In this document: piece by piece, positions 47,375 through 62,321 of the stretch
Layout of the letters: each line of letters begins with the position of its first letter
How positions within the stretch are numbered: the stretch's first letter is position 1
DNA from: Octopus sinensis
Lineage: Eukaryota
NCBI RefSeq assembly: GCF_006345805.1
Contig: NC_043010.1
Location: 50,530,001-50,594,000 of the forward strand
Length of the DNA stretch: 64,000 nucleotides
Reading direction: 5' to 3'
Position numbers and translations under genes: made by a program
The notes under the pieces: generated by a model
Told to the model about the DNA's origin: nothing
Database searches by the model: none
What the model saw: only the letters and a program-made list of their open reading frames with translations

Positions 47375-50322
47375 CTTTATGTGGTCTTTGGATCTGTTAG
47401 AAACAACGACCAAAACTCCTTTAAATGTCACTCCTTATATATATATATATATAATGTGATTCTACTAACTTCTAAGTTCAGTGTTGATCTGGGACAAAAA
47501 CGATTCTGATGTCCAGTTATTTCTTTTACAGGGTTTAGAAAAACTGAAGGACTGCTGCAATAAACGTGTGAACCTGAGAGAGGAATATGTTGAATAAAAT
47601 CATAGTTAACTGATCCTTCTGTATGTTTTTTTTTTTTTTTAACTCAAATCCAGGAACTTTCCAACACCCCTTCATAAAGATATTGTTCACAAAGGAAAAT
47701 TACCAACTAGTTCAGTGCTAGAGATGAAAATAATATATGATTTTAGGTTCTGTCATAGCGGAAAGATCGCTAGCAAATGATTTAGCATACATGTTGATAA
47801 CACCAGTGCCAACATATTTAATGCAGTGAACAAACAAATTTTAATTGAAGGAAATTAGTCACAAGAAAACATTAGTATAATTCAGATTAAAAACCAAAAC
47901 TTCAAGGAGAAACAATTATGGTATGCAAAGTAAAACAAAAATGTTAATTAATTCAGTGGGAAGGTGTTTTATCTTGACAGTATGGTGACAATGATTCTAT
48001 TTTTAATTTCAATGGAGTAAGCTAAATCACCAACCAAATAATTTTATTCTATTGTTTATCTAAAAGATTGTATTTTTAATTTAAATTAAGTATGCTAATC
48101 ACCAACCTCGTCATTTTATTCAATTTTTCAATGAATTTAAATGAACTTCACTGTAATTTTAAATAAAGTATGTCAATACCAATCTAACAATTTTAATTCA
48201 TTTTTAATTTATTTAAATCACGTATGTTAATCACTGACCTTACCATTTGATTTTCAAGCAGAGCATATTGTCAGGTATTTTACCTACGTCTTATCTTAAA
48301 ATTTCCTAGCAGTGCCTTCTGTCTACCAGAACCATTCACAAAGCTTTGGTTGATCTGGGACTATAGTGAAAGACACGTGCCCAAAGTAGTATGCAATGGG
48401 ACTGAACCTGGAACCTTGTGGTTTGGAAACAAACTTCTAAACCACATTTCTTACTAAGAACAATGTGGGAGAAAACTCTGGAATCTAGAAATTGCTTAAG
48501 AATTGAATGGAGATGTAGAGTGGAGAGTGAATCTAATCCCCAGTATGGTAGCAATGGCAGACATGTTTCTGTTTTATTAGATATCTGCAGCAAAGCATAA
48601 TCAAAGAATACAGATTGACTAGAATCAAAGTTTACATTGTTTTTCAAATGTAAAATTCAAATTCAAAGTTCAATTTCCACTGAGGTTGACTTAGCCTTTT
48701 AGCCTTTTGGAATCAATGAAATAAATACCAGTTGCAAATTGGAATTGATATAATCAACTATCCCTTCCCTCAAAATTTCAGACTTTTTGCCTTTAACAGA
48801 AGGGATTAACATTATTGAAAGGATATTGATTAATGTTGATTAGTTTCTACAACTGACATCACCGTGACCGACCAGGTTATCAGATGTTGCTACACATCGC
48901 CGGTCACAATGCGCTTCGCATTGTTTTAGCCTTCAAATGACGCCACCCCGCTGGCTAAGTGAGCAGGCCAACAGAAGAAAGAGTGAGAGAAAGTTGTGGC
49001 GAAAGAGTACAGCAGGGATCGCCACCACCCCCTGCCGAAGCCTTGTGGAGCTTTAGGTGTTTTCGCTCAATAAACACGGTCTGGGAATCAAAACTGCGAT
49101 CCTACAACCGTGAATCCGCTGCCCTAACCACTGGGCCATTGCGCCTCCACAACTGACATAAAATGTATTATTATTAAGGTGACTGCTGGTAGAACTGTTA
49201 GCACGCCAGGCAAAATGCTTAGCAGCATTTCATCTGTCTTTACGTTCTGAGTTCAAATTCCACCGAGGTTGACTTTGCTTTTCATTCTTTTGGGGTTGAT
49301 AAAATAAGTACCAGTTGAGCACTAGGGTTGATGTAACCGACTAGTCCCCTCCCCACAAATTTCAGGCCTTGTGCCTTTAGTAGAAAGGGTTATTATTATT
49401 ATTAACCAGAATTGTTAGCATGCTAGACAAAATGCTTTACTGTATTTTGTTCCATCTCAGTTCAAATCCCGCTGAAGTTGACTTTGCATTTGGGGTTGAT
49501 AAAGTACCAGCTGAACACTGGGGTTAATGTAATCGATTTACCCCTACCCCACCTGAAATTGCTGGTCTTGTGCCAAACTTTGAAACTGCTATTAATATTA
49601 TCATAGCAGTGAGCTGGTAGAACTGTTAGCGCACCAGGCAAAATGTTTAGTGACATTTTGTCTATCTTTACATTCTGAGTTCAAATTCTGTCAAGGCTGA
49701 ATTTGTTTTTCATCCTTTTGGAGTCAATAAAATAAGTACCAGTTGAGCACTGGGGTCAATGAAATGAATATCAGTTGAACATTGAGGCCAATATATATTT
49801 ACACACACACATGCACATATGTATGAGTATGTGTATGTCTTTGTTTGGCCTCCTACCACCCTGTGCTTAACTACAGCTGTTGGTTTGTTTACTTCCCTTT
49901 AACTCAGTGGTTCAGCAGAAAAAAAACCAATAGAATAAGTATCTGACTTTACAAAAAAATAAGCAGTGGAATCAATCTATTTGACTAATAACCCTTCAAA
50001 GTGGTGCTCCAGCATGGCTGTAGTTCAATAACTGAAACGGATAAAAAAATAAAATGATACCTTTCTTCACAAACTGTTTCAAATCATCTGTCCCCTATTC
50101 TGCTATATTTCCCTCCTATCTTTCTTTCTGCAACTTACTTGATCTAATCCACTTCCTCCAAATCATAAACATTAAACCTGTATCTTCTCTTCTCATCACT
50201 GTCACTAGCATTGAAGCTAGAATCACTCACTAAAACACAATCTTATCTTCATCAGAATTGCATTTCTTTAGAAGTTATTTCCTGTCCGAGTATTTTCCTT
50301 CCCTTTCAGCAACTTCATTTTA

Positions 50323-50844
50323 GGCAGATCTTTACCTTTTGACTGACAGATTTAAAAAATAATTTTTTGTAACTAAACACTTTAAAACTTTGGACACTGG
50401 AAGAATGTCATATAAAACATGTTTTACTCTTAGCATTTTTGAGAAAAACTTATATAGTTAGCCTAAAAGGATCTTTACCTTTTGACCTACAGATTTAAAA
50501 AATTATTTTTTGTAACTAAATACTTTCAAACTTCAGACACTGGTAGAATGTGTCATATGAAACATACTCTTAACATTTTTGAGAAAAACTTATATTTACA
50601 AAGTTATTTCACATTAAAGTTCTCATATTTTGGTAATTTCAACCAATCAATGACGTGTATTCAGCTGAATAAAATTACTGCTGTTGTTTGTCAAGAAGAA
50701 CTTCTGGCAGTGTATATTTCGTTTGTCACTGTTATTTATGACAACCCTAACCCTAAAACCCTAACTGTAACCCTAAAACCTTAAAACCAGTACAAACGCA
50801 CAAATGATGTCATAAATAACAGTGACAAACGAAAAATACACCAT
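50323..50844. mobile_element. MITE remnant related to the 8861 family with about 145-bp internal duplication, plus mini-MITE 50710-50844 carrying CCCTAA repeats
   Basis: GATCTTTACCTTTTGAC start is duplicated; TIR GTGTAT.TTTCGTTTGTCACTGTTATTTATGAC. Confidence 0.6.
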
Positions 50845-51074
50845 GCTCCAGCATGGCTGTAGTTAAGTGACTGAAACAAATAAGAGGGTAACTAGTTAGT
50901 TGTCTTACAAATCATCATTTATTAATTACTAACAAGGACACATTATTTCATTTTGCAACCATAAAATATATACATGTATACATACATACATACACACATA
51001 GTAGACATATACACATATATATGAGTTGAATGCGAGAATTCATCATCATCATATATACAGTCAGGCATACGTAA

Positions 51075-51427
51075 ATAATGTGGACCGCATCCCCTTTTGT
51101 TATTTATTTATTTATTTATTTTACAGAAAGCCCCATTTTTGAATACAGAGATTCTGATTCTGCAAAAATAAAAATAAAAAACGGCATTTAAAAATTTTTA
51201 TTTTTTCCCCACCCCCACCACTGCCAAATTCTTCAATTTGACTGTAAAAAAGAATTTCTGTAAAAAGTGAAAATTGAAGAATTTGGTGGTGGTGGTGGGG
51301 AGGCGATTAAAATTTTTAAAAGCTATTTAAAAAATTTTTTTTTGCCGAATCAGAATCTCGAAAATGGGAAATTCTTTAAAAAAAAAAAAAAAAATAACTA
51401 AAGTGGGTGTGGTCCACATTCTTTACC
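51075..51427. mobile_element. Imperfectly palindromic MITE
   Basis: aatgtggacc / ggtccacatt termini and ccaaattcttcaattt / aaattgaagaatttgg inner arms. Confidence 0.6.
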
Positions 51428-51718
51428 TCTGTCCATACGCATACACACACGCACACATATATGTGTGTGTGCCTATATACATGCCAACAATACCTGTGCA
51501 AAATTTTAAGTTTGATAAGGCTTGCATGATACCTCATAGTTTCTCTCCACCCTATGACATGATCGAGTCAAACTGAGATAAGTTATCTAGTGCCAATATG
51601 AGTCACAAGCTCAGGACTATAGCAGTGCCAAGATATCAAAACACCAAGAAAAACATCACCATAATGTTCAATGCCATTCCATGCATATCTGGTTTTACAT
51701 CAGTGATCTACATTTTCT

Positions 51719-52485
51719 GGAAAGACTTCTGCTCATTCCCCCCCCCCCACCACCACCACCCATTTTCTCCCAAATTTGTTTATTTAAAAAATTTTTTTTG
51801 CCAAAAATCCCCGTTTTCGGATACGGAGATTCCGGAAAATTGCCAAAAATTGGCATTGTGAAAATTTTTCTCCTCCTTTACCCGCCAACTTCTTCAATTT
51901 TGACATTTTTCTGCAACACTAACCTTAAAACCCTAACCCTAACACCCTAAAACCCTAACCCTAAAACCTTAACCCTAAAACCTTAACCCTAAAACCTTAA
52001 CCTTAAAACCTTAACCCTAAAACCCTAACCCTAAAACCCTAAAACCTTAACCCTAAAACCCTAACCCTAAAACCCTAAAACCGTAACCCTAAAACCCTAA
52101 CCCTAACCCTAACCCTAACCCTAAAACCCTAACCATAAGTACAGAAATGTTCTGGAATTTTTGTCCGAATCCTGATGTCTGTATTTTTCTGCATGCTTAG
52201 AAAAGAAAAAATTCTTAAAAAAAATTTTACAAAGATTTTTGGAAATTTTTTTCAGAATCATAATCTTCATATTTTTCCGCATATTTTGAGGGGAAAAATT
52301 CTGAAAAAGTTTTAAATGAAGGAAATGGGGGTGGGGTGGTGCTGGTAATTTAGAAATGTCAATTTTTGCCAATTTTTTTGCAGATTCATATTCCTTGTAG
52401 CTGAAAAAAAAGGGGCAGGGATGGGTGTTGTAAAAAAGAAAAAAGTTTTAAAAAAGAGTGGTTTTTCGGGGACAGAAGTCTTGCC
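51719..52485. mobile_element. GG...CC MITE with 8-bp TSD hosting the telomere-like array
   Basis: GG.AAGACTTCTG termini; perfect TSD cattttct at 51711-51718 and 52486-52493. Confidence 0.8.
51919..52134. repeat. Interstitial telomere-like array (CCCTAA, CCTTAA and CCCTAAAA variants)
   Basis: About 216 bp, seen directly. Confidence 0.95.
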
Positions 52486-52799
52486 CATTTTCTTCTTCTT
52501 CTGACAGATATATGTATGTATATACGTATAAAAACAACTGTATGTGTGTGTGTGTGCATATACACATAGTGTCATTTAATCATCCATAAAAGCATTTTCC
52601 AGGCTGTTTGCTATTCAATAAACTGAGGATATTATTATCTTACTCAAAATCAAATGAAGATTGATGACAAGAAGTGCATCAAGCAGTAGAAAATTTTGAT
52701 TCAACAAAGTTTTGTCACATTGAGCCCTTGAGCAAGGCATTTCATTTCATTTTAGTTGACTCAGCTGAAAATTAGTACTAACCTAAATTTGGTGCTGTG

Positions 52800-53300
52800 G
52801 AGGCGGGTAGCTTAGTGGTTAGGGTGTCAGAACCATGATCGTAAGATTGTGGCTTCGATTCTTGGACCGGGCAACGCATTGTGTTCTTTAGCAAAACACT
52901 TCATTTCACATTGCTCCAGTCCACTCAGCTGGCAAAAATGAGTAACGCTGCGATGGACTGGTGTCCCGTCCAGCTGGGGAACACATACGCCATAGAAACC
53001 AGCAAACCGGGCCCATGAGCCTGGCTAGGCTTTAAAAGGGCATGTTTATTTTGTGGATGCACGTGGCTTAGTGGTTAGGGTGTCAGCACCATGATTGTAA
53101 GATTGTGGTTTTGATTCCTGGACCGGGCAACGCATTGCGTTCTTGAGCAAAACACTTCATTTCACGTTGCTCCAGTCCACTTAGCTGGCAACAATGAGTA
53201 ATGCTGCAATGGACTGGTGTCCCGTCCAGCTGGGGAACACATACGCTATGGTAACCGGGAAACCGGGCCCATGAGCCTGGCTAGGCTTTAAAAGGGCGCA
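52800..53300 (+). mobile_element. Two tandem copies of a tRNA-headed SINE (about 250 bp each)
   Basis: GCTTAGTGGTTAGGGTGTCAG...GGCTTTAAAAGGG repeated at about 52805 and 53062. Confidence 0.85.
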
Positions 53301-55199
53301 TTTATTTTTATTAAATTTGGTGCAGCCCTTCTGCTATTATTTTAGAGAGTTGAGACAGTTTCTCTGTTCTTGACTACATAGGCACTTAAAATAGTTAGAA
53401 AAAAAAAACATGAATGGGGTGGGGCTAATTTTTTGAAAATATTTTTCGGATTCCTAAGTTTTAGATGTCAGAGATTACAAATATGTAAAAAAAATTTATC
53501 CCTGTCTGTTTATTCATAAAATATATGTCAACTAAATGTAGCAGTCCTATAAAAAATGGTGTTGCTGTTGTTTTTAGCCCCAGGAAAATATATCTATCTC
53601 TTCATACAAATATCTATATGCTTACTCTTTTACTTGTTTCAGTCATTTGACTGTGGCCATGCTGGAGCACTGCCTTTAGTCGAGCAAATCGACACTAGGA
53701 CTTATTCTTTGTAAGCCTAGTACTTATTCTATCGGTCTCTTTTTGCCGAACCACTAAGTTACAGGGACTTAAACACACCAGCATTGGTTGTCAAGGGATG
53801 TTGGGGGGACAAACACACACACACACAAACACACACATTTTCCGTCAACCAAATCCACTCACAAGGCTTTGGTCGGCACGAGGCTATAGCAGAAGACACT
53901 TGCCCAAGGTGCCATGAAATTTTCTTCAAATACTTTTCAGGGCGTGTAAATTACGATTATATTGCTATTTAATAAGTAAATGAAAATAAGAGCCCACACC
54001 CACATACATACTGAAACACATCACAATTTTTTTCGAAATTTCAAGTTTCCTTTTGTAGATCTATACGATGTGCGTCAGTAAATATGTGCACAAATACACC
54101 AATTTTGTTTTTCATATTAAATTCCGATATAATTGTAATCTATACGTTCTGAAATGTATTTAAAGAAAATTAAACCTTTTTTTTTTTCTAAAAGATATGA
54201 GGAAACAAATTCGATTCGTGTGAATTTTTTTTAATTCCTCTCCCCACTCATGGAATTAAAAAAATTTTTTTTTTTCACAATTTCTCATTCAATAAATAAT
54301 TGAAGTCTACACTGTATGAAGCATATTTATTCAACATTTCATAAAAAAAAATATCCATTTTTCTGGAAGTTTTGAAGCAATAATAAGGATCAATCAGTGG
54401 TAGAGGGGGCATACATGTGGAGGTATGCCTATTATCTAACGTGTCCTTACCGTATTTAACACAGTTGGGAGCAGTTTGAGAGAGATTTGGCTATTATTTT
54501 TAGCATGTCGAACGATCGAGTAGAGTTATTCGCTCTAACTTGGCAGTTAAACTTAGCAGACATAAGGCGCACACAAAAGGCTAATATAACCCTATAAAGG
54601 TATCCAGGATGTGAATGGAATTAAAATAGAAAAAGAAAACAATAAGTACACGAACAACAACTAAAAACTTTGTATAAAAGTTTTTATTTATTTATTTTTG
54701 AGGATGAGTAAAAGAAACGAAAAAGATAAAGGAAAAGAACTATTAATAGTTACACTACACTTGAATATTACGAGAACCAACGAGGATACATCTATGTCTT
54801 CGTTCGACCTGCTAGAAATAACAGTCATATCTTACTCAAATCATACCTATGACTTCGAGTCACATTAGACGATGTAGTCTTAGGATTAACTTTCAGGATA
54901 AATAATGCGCTAATCATAACTAGAACGTCTTTGATAAGTCTACACGACCCACTGCCAACTTGGGGTTAAATATCTTCAGTCCTAAAATAATAAATACGAA
55001 ACTGCTATTTTATTCTGATAAACTATTATTCTTTACTGAAATAAGAAAGAATATACATATATAATTATATATATATGTAAAAAATCAAATCGATCTAATA
55101 ATATTTTAGATTTTAGACGAACAGAAAACGAACACCTAGAATGTTAAAAGGCATAAGAACAGATTGATACAATTCTGTTGAACTGCTATTCTTAGAACC

Positions 55200-55554
55200 G
55201 GTTCAGCCGACGACAATACGCACCATTTTTGACTCAAACCTGACGATGGTAGAGGTAAAGGTTGGCTGTCAGTGACAGCTCCTCTCGGCAATAGATGTCA
55301 TAATTACTTCACATTTACGTCACAAACTGACAATTATCTCTCCTTCTAGTATACACTACACTGAGTGAAAGTACGAAGATACTTTCCAGTGTAATAAACG
55401 TCGTCCGACTTGTTCGAATTTGTTGTTGTTTCTGCTCTAATTAATGTCATGGAGACGACTTAATTATTCGACTACGTGTACCCCAATCATTTCCTGTACT
55501 CATATCGTTGTCTTCTACTGATCTCTTCAGACACAGACATATACACATGGCTCG
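55200..55554 (+). promoter_or_regulatory. Candidate promoter and first exon of an unidentified plus-strand gene
   Basis: CpG-retaining unique DNA, CRE-like TTACGTCA near 55315, ending ATGGCTCG|gtaagt. No downstream coding exon could be joined. Confidence 0.4.
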
Positions 55555-55746
55555 GTAAGTTTGTCCTTTTTTTAGTCGCAAATATCAAATCGCATTTGTA
55601 TTGTGTAGACTACACGAACGAATGCGAAACACACAAACATTACATTATATTATATTATATTATATTATATATATATATATATAATTAGGGTTCAGCAAAA
55701 AAATTTACTTTACCACACACCGAACTTTTGGAAATAGCAGCCAAAG

Positions 55747-55798
<52 letters not shown>

Positions 55799-55966
55799 CG
55801 TGAATTTTTTTGAGTGTATGTGTACACGTGTCATACATACATACATACACACACACATATATATGTATATATACACATACGTACACACTACATACGCACA
55901 CGTCTTTTAATGATTGTCATTCCAACACTTAATCAAGTTTCATCATTCACTTGTTCTGTGTGTGTA

Positions 55967-56014
<48 letters not shown>

Positions 56015-56213
56015 GTAAGAGTAGTATAATTTCCGTGTGTGTGTTGTACGTTGTGTCTACAAACTTTGAAGTACATTTATGGAACTCATCATGTTTAAAG
56101 TACACATGCCACAACGTATACGTGTTGTTTGGGATGCCAACCAATAAGCGGAAACATTTATTAGACAGTAGAGACATATGTGTTAAATGTAAATGTTTAT
56201 GGGAACGTATGGT

Positions 56214-56244
<31 letters not shown>

Positions 56245-56486
56245 GTATGTTTAGGCAATCTTTCGTTTTAAACTTATAAACTCAATCTTAAGAATCGTGA
56301 CTGTGAGATACTGTTAGATTTTTTAACAAGTGTATAAATTTTACTTGAGTACGCTTTTCTTACGTTTGTATATCCAAACGCATATGATATAATCATATAC
56401 ACATACCTTCTGAAGCATATGTATACTGAGTTCTAACAGCAGGTTATTACTATCGCTATCCCTAAGTGAAATATATATATATATAT

Positions 56487-56525
<39 letters not shown>

Positions 56526-56896
56526 AGAGAGAGAGAGAGTTAAATGTACGGCACAAGATCAGATTCTATAACGGGAAAATAACCACGTTCTTTCTACTGG
56601 TATTAATCATCCTCGCATACTTACAAACTTATGTTATATATAAATGTAATGTATATGGGGGTTGATTGTGACATCACTTGCGCTTTTCGAGGTCTATTCA
56701 AGCAGATTGCTTCCATAAGCCCCGAGAGACGAGACCTGAGGTCACGGTCAACTCGTGTGTATGTGTATATAATATTTATTCACTCTTATACCGTTGTTTA
56801 ATTCTTTCATCAGTTACTGTTTTGCCGATGTTACTTAAAAACCTTAACATAAATGCATGCATATATATGTGTGTGTTTGTATACATACATACATAC

Positions 56897-56929
<33 letters not shown>

Positions 56930-57354
56930 TAATTATTTACCGTCCGCTTTTGGTATGTTAACTGTTGGGCAGTTAACAAGAGCTGGAAAACCACAAGACT
57001 GTGCCAAGCTTTACCATCTACTTTCGCGTGGTTTCTACGGCTGAATGACCTTCCTAACACCAACCACTTTACAAAGAGTACTGGATACCATATTTTTTTT
57101 TTTTTTTTTGTGGTGCACAAGCTTCAGCAGGGTCACCAAATAGCTTGCAAGACAAAGGCCTCTTGACTAGGAGGGAAAATAGTGTTGAAGGAGATGGCTT
57201 TGTGCCAGTTGATGAGAGGTTGAAACGAATAATACAAAGAAAGGGAGAAGCGTTTTGCTTCAGAAGACATACAAGGATATTCCAGTTGGAAGAGAATGGA
57301 GAAAAAAGAGAGACTTGGAGAGAAACAGAGAGAAAGAGAATGCATGTATATCCA

Positions 57355-57393
<39 letters not shown>

Positions 57394-57398
<5 letters not shown>

Positions 57399-57585
57399 TC
57401 CAAATTTAAGGAATTGAGTTGGTAAAAATCCAAGCTACATACGTTTCCTAGCTAGTAGAACCCCAGAAATAGTAATTACTCAATGAGGGGTACTTGTTGA
57501 GTAATTATAACTTCCAAGGTTCTGCTAGCTAGGAAATACATGCAGCCTGGATTTTACCTAGTACATTCCCTAAATTTGGATTTAT
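57394..57585. repeat. Imperfect inverted repeat (about 90-bp arms) abutting (TA)n
   Basis: atgaatccaaattta.ggaa... versus ...ttccctaaatttggatttat. Confidence 0.8.
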
Positions 57586-58014
57586 ATTTGCGTACACAGT
57601 AACTTTGAACTATAAAATAACTTATTTCAGCTGAACAAACTTCAGTATAGGAAACATTTACAACCTTCTATGTCAATAAAGCACTGTTGTTCTTGAAAGT
57701 TGTTTTTTTATACCTTCTATGGACTACTTGAAGCGTGATAACTTCCTACACCTGGATCCTAAACAACATTTGAGCGAGGGCGTTGCCAGTGCTGCTGGAC
57801 TGGCTCCTGTGCAGGTGGCATATAAAACACCATTTGAGCGTGACCGTTGCCAGTACCGCCTGACTGGCCCTTGTGCCGGTGGCTTGTAAAAGCATCCACT
57901 ACACTCTTGGAGTGGTTGACGTTAGGAAGGGCATCTGGCTGTAGAAACTCTACCAGATCAGATTGGAGCCTGGCGCAACCATCTGGTTCAGTCAAGCGTA
58001 TGTTAAACGATGAT

Positions 58015-58046
<32 letters not shown>

Positions 58047-60174
58047 ATATATTATATATATATATACATATACATACATACATACATTTAGCCTTTTGTC
58101 CAGCACAAGTCTAACAATTCTGCCAGCTCACTGCCTCAGTAGTAGTAGTAGTAATAATGGTTTAAAATTTTGCCACAAGGGCAGCCATTTTGGAGGAGAG
58201 GATGAGGTCGATTCCATCAACCCAAGTGTTCATCTGGTACTTGTTTTATTGACCCCGAAGGATGAAAGACAAGGTCAACCTCAGTGGAATTTGAACTCAG
58301 ACTGTAGCAACGGGCGAAATACCGCTAAGCATTTTGTCCAGCACGCTAAGGATTCTGCCAGTTCACCACCTTAATAATAATAATAATAATAATAATAACT
58401 CTTTGTAGTATAGGCACAAGATCTGAAATTTTTGTGGGGAAGGGAATAGTTTATTACATAGACCCCAGTGCTCAACTGGTATTTATATTATCAGCCGCCC
58501 TGACTGGCCTCGTGCCAGTGGCACATAAAAAGCACCATCCAAGCGTGGCCGTTGCCAGCCTCACCTGGCCCCCGTGCTGGTGGCACGTAAAAGGCACCAT
58601 CTGATCATGGCCGTTTGCCAGCCTCGTCTGGCACCTGTGCCGGTGGCATGTAAAAGCACCCACTACACTCACGGAGTGGTTGGCGTTAGGAAGAGCATCC
58701 AGCTGTAGAAACATTGCCAGATCAGACTGGGCCTGGTGCAGCCTTCTGGCTTCCCAAACCCCAGTTGAACTGTCCAACCCATGCTAGCATGTAAAGCGGA
58801 TGCTAAACGATGATGATGATGATAATGAATCCCAAAAGGATGAAAGGCAAGTCAGCAGAATTTGAACTCAGAACGCGAAGGCAGATGAAATGCTGCACAG
58901 CATTTTGTCCAGTGCGTTAATGATTCTGCCCAACAACATCAGCACCATACTTGGCTAGTTAAGAGATGCTAATAATAAACATAACACCACATTTTACAAT
59001 TTGACAGAGTACACCTCCATCCTATTGTTTTCAGGTTCACACTTTGTAAAGCACTAAATTTCACCAAATTGTATTGATACAATAGTGTAGATAACAATGA
59101 ATTAGCAGAATGACAAACAAATTCCATTTTGACAATTGTATTGTGTCAAGAGATCCAAGGTAGACACATGTATTGATACAGACCGGGGTCCATTTGATAG
59201 TGTAGAGGTTTGCAACATTATCGGACACTATATCTAAATGTAACTTAGGAACAAATTTACTTCAATAATTTTTTTTTTTTTTGTGGCTTATATTATGATG
59301 TTGGATTGGCTGTTTCCAATAATGTTAGCAGACATACTCTAGATAAATACAGGAAGGATATGATTCAATTTTTCTACTTGTTAAGGATAAAAATTACCAT
59401 TGCAGCTTCATCGTATCATTTATCTTTTACTTGTTTCAGTCATTAGACTGCGGCCATGCTGGGGTACTGCCTTGAGGAATTTTTAGTTGAATCGAGCTAC
59501 TTACCTGGTGTTTATTTTCTTTTTAAGCCTGATACTTACTCTATCAGTCTCTTTTGCTGAATTGCTAAGTTATGAGGACACAAACACACTAATAGCGGCT
59601 GTCAAGCACATACCCACACACACACCTACAATGGGCTTCTTTCAGTTTCCGTCGACCAAATCCACTCACAAGGAAGAACTGCTAAGTTGCATAAACATAA
59701 ACACACCATCTGGTTGTCACAGGGTGGTGAAGGGCAAACACACGCATACAGAGAAACACTTGCACATAAACACATATACATGTACACACACACACAACCA
59801 TCTCTTATATAAAATCCGTTCTGTCTGTCTGTGTGTGTGTGGCTTCTAGGATCTCGGGCATCCTCCATCCGATTGCATTCAAATTTGATATGTAGATACT
59901 GATTGTATCAGGGCATGTATGTCTTGAAAAAATTACAAAAATCGATTCCAGTTGAGAATGCGATCAATAAAGCCGTGGTAAATCGTTTTTCTTTGGAATA
60001 GAAAAAAAGTCTATTGTTATTTCTTCTTTTGCTGGTGTCTCAAATTTAGGTTAAATCAGTGTTTCTCAAAGGGGAGGCCTATGGGACGGTCGGACAAGTT
60101 GTTTTGAGAAAATTTGGTTTAAATGTTTGACAACTCAACACCGTCCATTGGACGGGGGGGGGGGCGTTTTGCTC

Positions 60175-60210
<36 letters not shown>

Positions 60211-61478
60211 TGGTCTTATTTCAGTTTCTGTCTATCACATCCACTCAAAAGGCTTTGGTCAACCTGAGGCTATAGCAGGAGACACTGCGGATGAAATAAT
60301 TTTTCGAGTGTTTGTTTTTATTGGAATGATTAAACGATGATCTGTTTCTAGTAAGCAAAATGAAACTTCATTTAATTCATTTAGAGGAATTACATAGGAG
60401 TCAAATTCGATATTTATGAAGTCTGAATATTCGTATCTTCAGTATGTGGTTGGGAAGCAAACTCCTCGCCATACAGTCACACTTGTGCCTATATATTCAC
60501 TATTCAGACATCATCCTCTACTTTAGTATCTTATAAGAAACCTATTGAGAAGCTCACCTACATCAATACTGAATCGAGCTACTTACCGAGAGTTTTACAG
60601 TTTTTAGCGACTTGGTTAAGAATATAAGGAAGAGGATATCAAACCTCACTGTTAAGAAATCATTGATAAAGCAACTCCTTATTACAGTGGTACAGTAAAG
60701 ACCAATGGATCTAAAGATAAGCTAGTACTCCAGTAAAGGGTAAGGATCCCATTTGGTCATGAATGACCATGGGACTGCATCTAGAAAGGTTCCTCTCAGA
60801 GTCACAAGTCTGGGCAAGGTTGTTCATGGAAGACCAGCAGTCGCCCATGCATATCAGCTTCTCCTCTCCATGCCACCAATGTTGTCCAAGGGAAAGGCAA
60901 AGGGGCCGATACAGCTTAACACCAGTGGTGTCCTAACTCATTTCTACAGCGAGTGAACTGGAGCAATGTGAAATAAAGTGTCTTGCTCAAGAACACAACA
61001 CACAGCCCTGTCCGGGATTCGAACTTACTACTTCATGATTGTGACCCTGATGCTCTAACCACTGAATATGGCTACATATTCAAGATTCCCTCAAAAGAAG
61101 GCAATATGTTAACTGGTTTGCAGCCTCACCTTCATCCAGTATAAAATTTAATGTATCAAAAATCTTTCTTAATAGACAAGCAGTTTTCCCACATCCATCA
61201 ATAACGGAATATTACAGTTTATTTAGCAGTCACACTCTTAAGTTGAGTTAGATTTGTAAAACACCAGATTGTATCGATCCACAGCCAAATGTGAAGAAGT
61301 GAAGCCTCGCACTTGTTCTCAGAATTGATTCAGTAACATCTAAGCAATTATTTCCCAAGCAACAGTTGGGTATTGAAACCCTAAACCAGGCAATACCATC
61401 CAGCAATATACATGCACACATATACATATATATTTCATATATATATATATATATTACCATACAACTATGCCTGAGCCT

Positions 61479-61510
<32 letters not shown>

Positions 61511-62321
61511 TATTCTTTATACTTTATACTTTGTCATTTGACTGTGGCCATGCTGGAGCACTGCCTTTAGTCAAGCAAGTCAACTTCAGGTCTTATTCCT
61601 TGTAAGCCCTCGTACATATTCTATCAGTCTTGATTTGCTGAACTACTAAGTTACAGGAACGTAAACGCTTCAGCATTGGTTGTCAAGCGATGGTGGGGAG
61701 GATAAACACAGACACACAAACATATATATATATATATATATATGATGGGCTTCTTTCAGTTTCCCTCTACCAAGTCCACTAGATATTTATACATGCATTT
61801 ATAAATATCTCATTTATTTCCCTAAGTATGGCTCGATGATGAAGAAAAATTATTGGGCTAATCCAAAAACTGAGCAATCCAAGGCATTTTTCCAAATTTT
61901 CATGGGATTTTCCCTCACAAAATAATGACAATTGTTGACATTATGACCAAGATTCCAAGAACATGGTTTCGGATGCTGATTGATAATGTCTTGTTTAAGA
62001 CTGTTTTGTCTGAAGCAGTGTGGAGCCGGCTTAATAGAGTAGCAATGAAAACAATCACTGTATCACTTTAAGTCTCAATGCTAAAAAGCAAGTCTGTAAA
62101 ACTGATGCACGCACTGATGGATTTACGGTTTCACATAAGGCTATAACAAACTCAGTCTCACAAAACAAGTCAGTATAAAGTTGGCCATGACTATGTAATT
62201 ACTAAGTAAAATACGTAGCACAGATCACAATGAAAAAGTGGATGAGACAGGGACTCTTTGTGTATTATACATGAAGTCACTTTGTCCCACTATGCTGGTG
62301 TAGCTGACAAGGAAATATTAC

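Noticed and set aside
48455-48584. Isolated minus-strand exon candidate (ISNKTETCLPLLPYWGLDS...)
   Set aside because: Good splice sites, but no phase-compatible partner exons and no recognisable protein.
51919-52134. True telomere or chromosome-fusion scar
   Set aside because: Short, variant-rich, single orientation, and inside a TSD-flanked MITE.
55547-55554. ITPA as the plus-strand gene (it neighbours DDRGK1 divergently in human)
   Set aside because: No exon encoding the FVTGNxxK motif was found downstream in the window.
61110-61190. Walker-A-like IDGCGKT on the minus strand before a gtgagg donor
   Set aside because: In-frame stop just upstream with no acceptor in between; phase incompatible with neighbouring candidates.
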